Assembly: GCA_035939175.1 (NCBI GenBank)
Contig: DASZGC010000015.1
Span: 11,261-75,260, forward strand
Reading direction: 5' to 3'
Origin: Candidatus Cybelea sp.
GTDB lineage: Bacteria; Vulcanimicrobiota; Vulcanimicrobiia; Vulcanimicrobiales; Vulcanimicrobiaceae
Length of the DNA: 64,000 nucleotides
The translations under genes and the position numbers were made by a program. Below are positions 9,376-17,248 of this stretch, one piece after another. The notes under the pieces are model-generated. The model did not search any database and was not told the DNA's origin. It worked only from the letters and a program-made list of their open reading frames with translations. The stretch's first letter is position 1; every line of letters starts with the position of its first letter.

Positions 9376-10460
9376 CGCAGTGCGGCGCGCCGCACCACCG
9401 GATCCAGCGCGAAGCTGCCGATCACCAAAGTTGCGAGCGAGACGGCAAACGTCGCATCGATGATGGCTTCGCGATAGGGAAACGCCACCGGGATCGCTAG
9501 GGCGAGCGCGAGGCAGAGCGCGCCGCGCATCCCAGCGACCCGTACGACGTCGATCCACTCGCGCGGATACGGACCGGGCAAAAGCAATCCCCCGACCGCG
9601 GCGCGCGCCACGGCGACGCCGATCAGGCACGCGATCGTGAATATCGGTGCCTGCGCGACGCGCCCGATCTCTAGAGCGGCTCCCACCATGAAGAATACCA
9701 CCGCGTTTGCCACGGTCGCTCCGATGTCCCAAAAACGACTGACGTCGTCGACGATCCGCAACGTGATCCACGTTCGCTCGAAATAGCGCAGCGAGATGCC
9801 ACAGGCGATCGTCGCGAAGATTCCGGAAAGCTTGAGATAGTCGGCCGCAAAGTAGGCGCCATACGCACAGAATAGCGTCGCTGCGATCTGCAGGGCCGGC
9901 CGCCGCCTGCTCCGCAATGCCCGCGCGAACGCGTAGGCTAAGACGCAACCGAGCGCGATCCCGCCGAGCGCTCCGGCTATGGTTTCGATCGTGACGAGAG
10001 CGACGTCCACAATCCCGGCCCCGCCGAGACTTAGCGCAACGAGCACGCCGCGATAGAGAACGACGGCGACCGCGTCGTTGAAGAGCGACTCGCACTCGAC
10101 GATCGTGGCGAGCGTTCGCGGCACCGGCAGGCGGCGGAAGACGGCGACGACCGCAATCGGATCGGTTGCGCTAAGGATGGCTCCCGTCAGTAATGCGGGG
10201 CCGAACGGCACGCGCACGACGGCGAGCGCGCCGGCGACGATGACCGCCGTCAGTAAGACTCCCGGACCGGCGAGCACGCCGATGGCAATCCACTGACGGC
10301 GCATCGCGCGGACGTTCAGATTCCACGCGGCCTCGAACAGCAGCGGCGGCAGAAACACGTAGAGCGTCGCATGACCGAAAGCGTAGGCGAGGCGTCCCGG
10401 CTGGATCAGTCCGTACAGGATGCCGATCGCAAGCGCGACCAGGATCTGCCAGAGTTTCAC
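9357..10460 (-). CDS. Na+/H+ (cation/proton) antiporter, CPA1/NhaP-like
   Basis: 367 aa, polytopic. Exchanger blocks LPPLLFEAA and GAILSATDPIAV are present. The 3' end overlaps the convergent amt gene by 19 nt. Confidence 0.8.
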   Translation of the reverse strand: MKLWQILVALAIGILYGLIQPGRLAYAFGHATLYVFLPPLLFEAAWNLNVRAMRRQWIAIGVLAGPGVLLTAVIVAGALAVVRVPFGPALLTGAILSATDPIAVVAVFRRLPVPRTLATIVECESLFNDAVAVVLYRGVLVALSLGGAGIVDVALVTIETIAGALGGIALGCVLAYAFARALRSRRRPALQIAATLFCAYGAYFAADYLKLSGIFATIACGISLRYFERTWITLRIVDDVSRFWDIGATVANAVVFFMVGAALEIGRVAQAPIFTIACLIGVAVARAAVGGLLLPGPYPREWIDVVRVAGMRGALCLALALAIPVAFPYREAIIDATFAVSLATLVIGSFALDPVVRRAALRHTPSG

Positions 10461-10472
10461 TGAGGACCGTTC

Positions 10473-11711
10473 CTAATGCGTGTGGGTGAAGTTGCCGACG
10501 CGGGCAAGCGCGCCGATCGACTCGATCGCGCGTCGCATGCCCAGCGGCGACTTCGGCCGCCCGACCGCTTCGAAATAGACGACGGGGTCGATGTTGAGCG
10601 TGCGCGTTTGCACCATAGCCACCGGCGTCGCGCGTAGGAAGGCTTCCATCGCCGCCACCTCCGGCGCGTCGTCGGTGACGCCGGGATGCGTCAAGAGATT
10701 GAGGCTAACGCGCAGCCCGCGCGCAACCGCCATCCGAATCGAGTCGAAGACGTCTGCGAGATCGTAGCCGATCGGCCGGTAGTACGCCGCATAAACCTGG
10801 GGCCGAAACGAGTTGAGACTCACGCGCACGGCCCCAAGGCCCGCGTCGATGCAGCGCTCCAGCGACGTTGGGAGGCTGCCGTTGGTGTTGAGGTTGATCG
10901 TGCCGTTACTCGCGCCTTTGCGGATGCGCTCGATCGCGCGGGCGATCGTCGTGCCACGCAGCAGCGGCTCGCCCTCGCAGCCTTGACCGAACGAAACGAT
11001 GCCGTCGGGCACGCGCTCCAAGTGGTGCAGCGCCACCGCGGCGAGCTCGGCGGCTGCCGCCTCCTCCGCGATCCGCGCCTGCGGCGAAGGGATGCCGGCA
11101 CCGTCTTCCTGCTCGGAGATGCAGCCGATGCAGCGTGCGTTGCACTTCGGCGAAACCGGGAGCGCCGCTTCGCCGCGTTCGAGAAAGACGTTCTGCGCGG
11201 TGAAGCACGCGTATTCGCGCGAGCAGAGCGCGACTTGATGCAGCACGCCGTTTGTGGGATCGGCGCCCAGGCGGCGTTCGATCATACCCTCCAGCTCGCC
11301 ACGCTCGAAGCGACGGGGGCGCCAGTCGTCGCTCTCGTCGGTCTTCATTGCCGCCACATACAGCTCGTCGTCGACGGCGCAGGCAAACGTGTAACCAAAG
11401 AGCGGCAGCGCGGGCGCACCGCGCCCCGCCACGTACGCGGGAACCAGGAGGCGCGTATAACCGGCGGGTAGGGCGACGGCAAACGCCGTGCGCCCGGCCA
11501 CCGGGCCGATCGTCGTCAGCGGATGGCGTCCGGGCAGCATCATCTCCAGCGTGCTTGCCGGAGCGGCAATCAATTCGCGGCGCGCCGCCTCGCGGACGAT
11601 GCCGCCGTCGGCAAGCGGTACGAGCTCTTCGTCGAACGAGATCGAGCCATCGGGCGCGCACCAGACGAGTCCGGCGTGCGCGCGCTCACGAGGCGAGATC
11701 GTCGGCGGCAT
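10473..11711 (-). CDS. Radical SAM protein with an uncharacterised ~175-aa N-terminal domain
   Basis: 412 aa. CxxxCxxC motif CNARCIGC is present, with downstream GQGCEGEPLL, NLNTNG and VRVSLNS blocks typical of the radical SAM core. Confidence 0.75.
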   Translation of the reverse strand: MPPTISPRERAHAGLVWCAPDGSISFDEELVPLADGGIVREAARRELIAAPASTLEMMLPGRHPLTTIGPVAGRTAFAVALPAGYTRLLVPAYVAGRGAPALPLFGYTFACAVDDELYVAAMKTDESDDWRPRRFERGELEGMIERRLGADPTNGVLHQVALCSREYACFTAQNVFLERGEAALPVSPKCNARCIGCISEQEDGAGIPSPQARIAEEAAAAELAAVALHHLERVPDGIVSFGQGCEGEPLLRGTTIARAIERIRKGASNGTINLNTNGSLPTSLERCIDAGLGAVRVSLNSFRPQVYAAYYRPIGYDLADVFDSIRMAVARGLRVSLNLLTHPGVTDDAPEVAAMEAFLRATPVAMVQTRTLNIDPVVYFEAVGRPKSPLGMRRAIESIGALARVGNFTHTH

Positions 11712-12480
11712 CCACTTCCGTATCGAAAACGCGAACCGCGGGCCCGGTGAGATGCGCGTCGCCGGCGCCGTCCCACTCCACCGCCAGCCGTCCGCCGGGA
11801 ACCAGCACCTCGACGGGCGAGCCGCCGATTCCGCTGCGAATCGCGACGGTCGCGCAGGCGACCGCTCCGGTACCGCAGGCCATCGTCAAGCCCACGCCCC
11901 GCTCCCAGTGCCGCACGCGAATCGAGTCTTCGTCCTGCACCGCAGCGACGTGGACGTTGGTGCCGTTGGGAAACGTTGCATCGCGCTGCAGCCGCTCCGC
12001 AGCGATTTCGAGGTCGAGCTCGTCGACGTTCGGACGAAAGAACACGACGTGCGGATTGCCGAGATCGACGAACCACCCACTTCCCAGCGACGCGAGAAAG
12101 ATCTCCTCGATGTGGGGCGTGCCCATCGAGACGCGCACCGCGTACTCGCGCCCGCGCCCGAGGATCTCCGTCGCCACGAGGCCGGCATCGGTCTCGAACG
12201 TGAGGCTCCCTCGCTCGCCGGTCTCGTCGAGCCAACGGGCGGCGCAGCGAATGCCGTTGCCGCACATTTCGGCCTCGCTGCCGTCCGCATTGACGATTCG
12301 CATGCGGGCGTCGGCGAGCGCCGACGATTCGAGGACGATGAGGCCGTCGGCACCGATTCCAGCCCGCCGATCGCACGCCCAGCGTGCAAAGAGCGCGAGA
12401 TTCGCGCTCCGCTTCTTTCTACGATCGAGGATGACGAAATCGTTCCGCGCGCCGTGCATCTTGGTGACGGAGATGCGCAT
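11686..12480 (-). CDS. dapF: Diaminopimelate epimerase
   Basis: 264 aa. Motifs present: MHGARNDFVILD, the catalytic Cys motifs CGNGIRC and ACGTGAVA. Confidence 0.9.
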   Translation of the reverse strand: MRISVTKMHGARNDFVILDRRKKRSANLALFARWACDRRAGIGADGLIVLESSALADARMRIVNADGSEAEMCGNGIRCAARWLDETGERGSLTFETDAGLVATEILGRGREYAVRVSMGTPHIEEIFLASLGSGWFVDLGNPHVVFFRPNVDELDLEIAAERLQRDATFPNGTNVHVAAVQDEDSIRVRHWERGVGLTMACGTGAVACATVAIRSGIGGSPVEVLVPGGRLAVEWDGAGDAHLTGPAVRVFDTEVDAADDLAS

Positions 12481-12489
12481 TGCACTGTG

Positions 12490-13389
12490 CTAGTTCGCAG
12501 ACCACTCGAGTTTCTCCCGTACTACGGATTCGAGCGCGGCGGCGTCGCACCATAGCGCGCCGGGCTCGGAACGGAACCACGCGCGCTGTCTCCGGGCGTA
12601 GCGGCGCGTCGCCCGCTCGAGCGAGGCGCGCAGCTCGTCGGGCGTGCTCCAGCCGCGGAGGTGCGCCAGCGCCTGCGGATAGCCGACGGCGTCGGCAGCG
12701 ACCGCGCCGGCGCCGATGCGCTCGGCCTCCTCCAGCAGGCCGCCGGCCACCATGCGCTCCGTGCGCCGCGCGATGCGCCGGTCGATCTCAGCAAGCGGCA
12801 CGTCGAGAAAGACGAGCTCCGCGTGCAGACCGAGGCTGGCGAGGCTGGGTGCCGGCTGATGCGACGCGACCCGCGGCTCCCCCAACGCGACTTCGAGGGC
12901 TCGCAGCACGCGATAGGTATCCGCGGGGTGAAGCTCGCGCGCTCGCCGGGCGTCGCGCAGCGTCAGCCACTCGTAGAGCACGTCGGGCGGATGGAGCGTA
13001 CCTTCGCGCGCGATCCGCGCGCGAAGGACGTCGTCGTACTGCGGCGCCAGCGTTACGCCGCCGCGCAGCGCGCGAATGTAGAAACCGGTGCCACCGGCGA
13101 CGATCGCGCGCTTGCCGCGCTCGAGGATCTCAAGCACCGCGGCGAGCGCGTCGGCGGCGTAGCGCGCGGCCGAATAGCGCTCCGACGGATCAAGAAAACC
13201 CGTAAGGTGATGCGGCACGCGCGACAGCTGCTCCGGGGTGGGAGCGGCGGTTCCAACCGGCATGCCGTTGTAGATCTGGCGCGAATCCGCCCCCACGATC
13301 TCGCAGCCGTATCGCTGCGCGAGGTCGAGCGCCGCCTCCGTCTTTCCGCTCGCGGTCGCCCCCGCGAGAATGAGGATCCCGTCAGACAC
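12490..13389 (-). CDS. miaA: tRNA dimethylallyltransferase
   Basis: 299 aa. P-loop GATASGKT is present, along with ADSRQIYNGMPVGTAAP and PHHL. Confidence 0.9.
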   Translation of the reverse strand: MSDGILILAGATASGKTEAALDLAQRYGCEIVGADSRQIYNGMPVGTAAPTPEQLSRVPHHLTGFLDPSERYSAARYAADALAAVLEILERGKRAIVAGGTGFYIRALRGGVTLAPQYDDVLRARIAREGTLHPPDVLYEWLTLRDARRARELHPADTYRVLRALEVALGEPRVASHQPAPSLASLGLHAELVFLDVPLAEIDRRIARRTERMVAGGLLEEAERIGAGAVAADAVGYPQALAHLRGWSTPDELRASLERATRRYARRQRAWFRSEPGALWCDAAALESVVREKLEWSAN

Positions 13390-15073
13390 GCCGGAACATG
13401 CGCGCGATCTCGTCGGGACTCAGACGCACCATGGTCGGACGACCGTGCGGACAGTGCATCGGATTGGCGCAGGTTTGCAGCCGTTCGACGAGCGTCGCCA
13501 TCTCCGCCGGCGCGAGCGTTTCCCCCGCGATCGTTACGCTGTGACATGCCAGCGTCGCCCACACGCGCTCGCGTACGTCGCGCTGCTTGGGATCCTCCGT
13601 GAGATCGTCGAGCAGACCGCCGAGGTCGAACGCGCGTCCGCCGTAGCCTCCGGGCGTCGCGACGATGCGATACGTTCGCTCGCCGAACGCTTCGATCTCG
13701 AGGCCGCCCTCGCGCAGCGTCTCGAGCGCGCGGTCGAGCGCCGCGCTGCGCGGCGCATCGAGCTCGACGACGTGCGGCACCAGAAGCGGTTCGCTCGGCC
13801 GGCGCTGTGCCGCCGCCGCGACGATCGCCTCATAGGCGATGCGCTCGTGCGCGGCGTGCTGATCGACCAGCAGCAGCGATTCTCCGTCGCTCGCGAGGAT
13901 GAAGGTGCGGTGGAGCTGCGCCAGCACCGTCAGCCTCGGCGCCGCGCCGCCCTGCGCGAGCTGCGTTTCGTTCGGGAAGAGCGAGATGCGGGGCTCCGCC
14001 GCCGCGAGTTCGCCGTCGCCGGTTGCGGGTTCTCGAGCGAATGCTCCGCTGGTCTGCTCGGCGAAACGCTCGCGCGCATTGTTTTTCAGCGTCGCGGCGA
14101 TGCTGCGGCGCGCGGCCTCAAAGACTTGAGCTGCGTATCGCAGCCGCACGTCGGACTTCGTGGGATGCACGTTGGGATCGACGTGATCGGGCGGAAGATC
14201 GAGAAACAGCACCCCGTATGGATGGCGCCCAAGCATCGTGAAGGTCGCGTAGCCGCTCGTCCACGACGCGCTGAGCAGCGCGCTGCGCACCAAACGGCCA
14301 TTGACGAACAGCATCTGCATCCGGCGATCGGCCCGGTCGCTGCCGGGCGCGCTGATGAACCCGCGCAGACCGCCGCCGAGCATGGTCGCCGAGCCTCCGT
14401 CGAGCGGCAGCAGCGTCTTGGCCGCCTGCGCGCCGAAAACCATCGCCAAGCGGTCGCGCTCGTCGGCGGCTGGGGGCATGATCCACACATCTCGCCCGTC
14501 GTGCCGCAGCGAGAACGCGACGTTCGGATAGGCCAGCGCGAAGCTCGAGAGCCACGAGGAAATGCGGTTGAACTCCGCGTTGGCGCCGCGCAGATACTCG
14601 CGCCGCACGGGAACGCGCTCGAAGAGCGAGGCGGCGCGAACGCGGGTTCCCACCGGTGCCGCGGCCGGCTCGACCGCGCCGATCCGTTCCTCCAAGGCTG
14701 CGACGCGCGCGCCGATCGGCGCACCCGGCCGGCGCGAGAGGATCTCCACCTCCGACACGGCGGCGATCGATGCGAGACCTTCGCCGCGAAATCCCAGCGT
14801 CGCAATCGATTCCAGCTCCGGCGCGGAGCGCAGCTTACTGGTCGCGTGCCGGCGCACGGCCAGCGCCAGCTCGCCGGCGGCGATCCCTTCGCCGTCGTCG
14901 ACGACCTCGATGAGGTCCAAACCACCGCGCTCGACGCTTACCGCGACGCGCGTTGCGCCCGCGTCGACGGCGTTTTCGACCAACTCCTTGACGACCGACG
15001 CCGGTCGTTCGATCACTTCGCCTGCGGCGATTTGACCGATCGTGACCGGATCGAGTTCGGCGATGGGCTGCAT
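13382..15073 (-). CDS. mutL: DNA mismatch repair protein MutL
   Basis: 563 aa. N-terminal GHKL ATPase motifs IAAGEVIERPASVVKELVENAVDAG and DDGEGI are present. The C-terminal dimerisation region contains CPHGRP. Confidence 0.9.
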   Translation of the reverse strand: MQPIAELDPVTIGQIAAGEVIERPASVVKELVENAVDAGATRVAVSVERGGLDLIEVVDDGEGIAAGELALAVRRHATSKLRSAPELESIATLGFRGEGLASIAAVSEVEILSRRPGAPIGARVAALEERIGAVEPAAAPVGTRVRAASLFERVPVRREYLRGANAEFNRISSWLSSFALAYPNVAFSLRHDGRDVWIMPPAADERDRLAMVFGAQAAKTLLPLDGGSATMLGGGLRGFISAPGSDRADRRMQMLFVNGRLVRSALLSASWTSGYATFTMLGRHPYGVLFLDLPPDHVDPNVHPTKSDVRLRYAAQVFEAARRSIAATLKNNARERFAEQTSGAFAREPATGDGELAAAEPRISLFPNETQLAQGGAAPRLTVLAQLHRTFILASDGESLLLVDQHAAHERIAYEAIVAAAAQRRPSEPLLVPHVVELDAPRSAALDRALETLREGGLEIEAFGERTYRIVATPGGYGGRAFDLGGLLDDLTEDPKQRDVRERVWATLACHSVTIAGETLAPAEMATLVERLQTCANPMHCPHGRPTMVRLSPDEIARMFRRV

Positions 15074-15110
15074 GCTACGACCTTCGCGCCGTGCCGCGCG
15101 CTCTCATGGG

Positions 15111-15140
15111 TTGACCCTGCGGCCATGGGCGCAGTATCCT
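15111..15140 (+). promoter_or_regulatory. Sigma70-like promoter for the M-box leader (TTGACC-18 nt-TATCCT)
   Basis: TTGACC at 15111-15116 and TATCCT at 15135-15140. The predicted transcription start falls a few nt before the riboswitch P1 stem. Confidence 0.45.
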
Positions 15141-15150
15141 GGTTGTTGAT

Positions 15151-15311
15151 TCCTCGTTAGGTGAGGCGTCTGCATGAAGAGTTGCCGCTGCCCGGAAAGG
15201 TCGAGAGACCCCAACGGGTAACCAGATCCCGCCGAATCAAGGCGGAATCTAATGCGGCTGTCCTTCTTTACGAAGGTCTAGGTCGTGCAGTGCTAAAGCT
15301 CGACACTGAGG
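15151..15311 (+). promoter_or_regulatory. M-box (ykoK leader) Mg2+-sensing riboswitch aptamer
   Basis: 161 nt, colinear with the B. subtilis mgtE M-box as recalled. Matching blocks are CGUUAGGUGAGGC (15155-15167), CUGcAUGaAGA, GCUGCCCggAAAgGUC, AAcGGGUaACcAGA, UAAUGCgGCUG and CAGUGCUAAAGCUCgAC (15288-15304). P1 is CCUC (15152-15155) pairing with GAGG (15308-15311). Confidence 0.85.
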
Positions 15312-15345
15312 TGCCGCCGCGAACGTTCGCGTGCCGGTTCTGCAA

Positions 15346-15377
15346 CTGTCGATCTGCGAGGATCGGCAGTTTTTTTT
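15346..15377 (+). terminator. Intrinsic terminator (expression platform of the M-box)
   Basis: 9-bp stem CUGUCGAUC / GAUCGGCAG with a 6-nt loop, followed by a run of 8 U. That run is very unusual in this GC-rich DNA. The element sits 30 nt upstream of the ATG. UCGACA (15300-15305) can pair instead with UGUCGA (15347-15352). Confidence 0.8.
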
Positions 15378-15406
15378 CTTCTTCGAAGGGACACGTCTGC
15401 AGGGAG

Positions 15407-17248
15407 ATGCTCGCGGCAATGCTCCTCTCCGCGATTGCAGCGGTGACTGCCAGCGCGCCTTCGCCGTCGCCTTCGCCCGCCTCGCGCTTTGACGCGCGAG
15501 TAAGCGGGTCTAACGTGTTCGTCGATCAAGCGACCGGTGGCCCGGGTACGACGCCGCAAGGCTACGCGTTCGCGCACGGCTCGCCCGCCGCGCCGATGTC
15601 GCCCTACGATTGGCTCGGCAGCGCGCCGGTCACGTCGGGCGTCGCCGGCATCGCCCAGTACGAGTTGACCGGCAGCTATCGCGGGGACGGCTTCGACTTC
15701 GCCGCGACCTTCGGCATCGGCGGCATCAGCGGAAGCACGACCAATGCGCTCTATTGGGGCGAGCCGACGATCGCCAACCTCAACGTTCACGACCTCTCGC
15801 GCATGGTTCCCTACGCCGTCGTCTTTCCAACGCACGCCGGTCAGGACGACGCGACGGTCGGCAGCGCCAACCTGCTCGGGCTCTCGTTTGCCGCGCCCGA
15901 CGATAGCTGGAGGGTGCGTGGCGGCTATCTTGATCTCACCCAGAGCGATCGTTTCGTCTTCAACCCGCCGGCGATCACCAGCGTCACGCCCTCGCTCGGC
16001 CCCTCAACGGCGGAGACACTTGGGCCCGGACTCGCCTCCGTCGACAGGTGGGCGGCAGCTCCGACGTCGTTACCACTGCTCGGCGCCGATGCATACTGGC
16101 ATCGCGGCGGCGCGTCGGTCGAGCTGACCGACGCCCTCTTGCCCTCACTGCCAGGCACGCAGGCCCGCTTGACGATGGGCTCCTTCGTGCTCGATCGGGG
16201 CGACGCCGGCCGATTCTCGGTGCAGGTCGCGCACGTCGCGACGAGCGGCGCGCCGATCGCAACCACGACGTTCTTCGGCGCCGATGGGGAGCTGCACGAA
16301 GGCCCGCAGGGGCGCCTCTTTACCAGCACGCTGGCCGATCAAGATCAAACGATCGCCGGCGCGCGAGCATTCTTTCATCCGCTGCGCGGCTGGGATGCGC
16401 TAGCGGAGATCGGTCGCGCGTGGTACGACGCGGGCGTGGTCGCCTATCCGGGCACGTCGCACTTCGGCAACTACGAGCATTTCAGCATCGCCCGCCATCT
16501 GGGCGACGACGTCGCCACGCTCGAATATCATCGTTTCGACCCGACGTACGCCACCGTGATTCTCCCGTACGGCATTCCTGAGAACGTATGGAGCATTGCG
16601 TGGTCGTGGCCCGGCGTCTGGCTCAAGTCGAACTACCAGCTCGTCGACAACTCCACGATCGGCGCAAATCGCGCGGGATACCATCTCCGCTACGACCATC
16701 CCGGCAAGCGCGTTGAGATTCACGCGTCGTACGGCGATTGGCGCCAACTGCTTCCGGAGACCGAGGCCAACGCCTCGCAGGTCGGGTTCGTCGACGGATT
16801 CTTCTTATTGCAGAAGAACGGCTTCGGCACGCTGGGCCGCGATCGGCAGGCCGGCCTCTACGTGGCGTGGCACGCGCTGCGCGACGACGTCGCCGTCGAC
16901 GCCGTCGACGATTTTCTCAGCCGTCCGGCCGATGCGGGCCAAGCGATCGATACCGTCTCGACGCGCGCGCCGCAGACGATCTTCACCTGGACGCATCACT
17001 TCAGCCGCCGTCTGCTCGCGGCAGCCGGCTACGGCCGTTACGCGCTGGCCGGCACCTGGGCGACAAAGCCGGTCGACGGGATCTACGGCGTGGCATTCGC
17101 CGGCGTGCAGATCGCGACCACGGCGAATACCGCGCTGCTGGTGCAAGCCCGGCGCTACGCGCTCGTGGGGCTTCCCTCGATCCCCTTTGGCCCGTCGCCG
17201 GCGATGCACGGCACCGCGCTGATCGTCGACCAGAGGATATCGCTGTGA
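15407..17248 (+). CDS. Uncharacterised 613-aa secreted protein, outer-membrane barrel-like
   Basis: Start taken at ATG 15407 (MLAAMLLSAIAAVTASA|PSPSPSP); ATG 15419 is also possible. There are no Cys and no recognisable domain. Many amphipathic beta-like strands are present: AGLYVAWHAL, IFTWTHHFS, AAAGYGRYAL, GVAFAGVQIA. The stop overlaps the next start (GTGA). Confidence 0.65.
   Translation: MLAAMLLSAIAAVTASAPSPSPSPASRFDARVSGSNVFVDQATGGPGTTPQGYAFAHGSPAAPMSPYDWLGSAPVTSGVAGIAQYELTGSYRGDGFDFAATFGIGGISGSTTNALYWGEPTIANLNVHDLSRMVPYAVVFPTHAGQDDATVGSANLLGLSFAAPDDSWRVRGGYLDLTQSDRFVFNPPAITSVTPSLGPSTAETLGPGLASVDRWAAAPTSLPLLGADAYWHRGGASVELTDALLPSLPGTQARLTMGSFVLDRGDAGRFSVQVAHVATSGAPIATTTFFGADGELHEGPQGRLFTSTLADQDQTIAGARAFFHPLRGWDALAEIGRAWYDAGVVAYPGTSHFGNYEHFSIARHLGDDVATLEYHRFDPTYATVILPYGIPENVWSIAWSWPGVWLKSNYQLVDNSTIGANRAGYHLRYDHPGKRVEIHASYGDWRQLLPETEANASQVGFVDGFFLLQKNGFGTLGRDRQAGLYVAWHALRDDVAVDAVDDFLSRPADAGQAIDTVSTRAPQTIFTWTHHFSRRLLAAAGYGRYALAGTWATKPVDGIYGVAFAGVQIATTANTALLVQARRYALVGLPSIPFGPSPAMHGTALIVDQRISL

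Noticed and set aside
13370-15160. 596-aa plus-strand ORF antisense to mutL. Similar long antisense or out-of-frame ORFs: 5023..6108, 19053..20609, 24429..26687, 39621..40919, 41304..42530, 52933..54546, 56657..57688, 58092..59177
   Set aside because: All overlap genes with strong family motifs. They have Arg/Ala/Pro/Gly-dominated, low-complexity translations typical of non-coding frames in GC-rich DNA. No family motifs were seen.
15151-15377. Alternative classification of the leader as a lysine riboswitch, T-box, cobalamin or yybP-ykoY (Mn2+) element
   Set aside because: Only scattered short matches were found (CGCCGAA, GGCUGUC, GGUG..CCGCG). It is too short for an L-box. There is no specifier/T-box bulge geometry, no B12 box and no GGGGAGUAG. 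The M-box alignment is colinear over the full length.
15161-15406. The first 82 codons of ORF 15161..17248, which would extend the protein N-terminally
   Set aside because: This stretch contains the whole M-box aptamer and a hairpin plus U8 terminator. The encoded peptide is R/C-rich and not protein-like. A signal peptide starts at ATG 15407.
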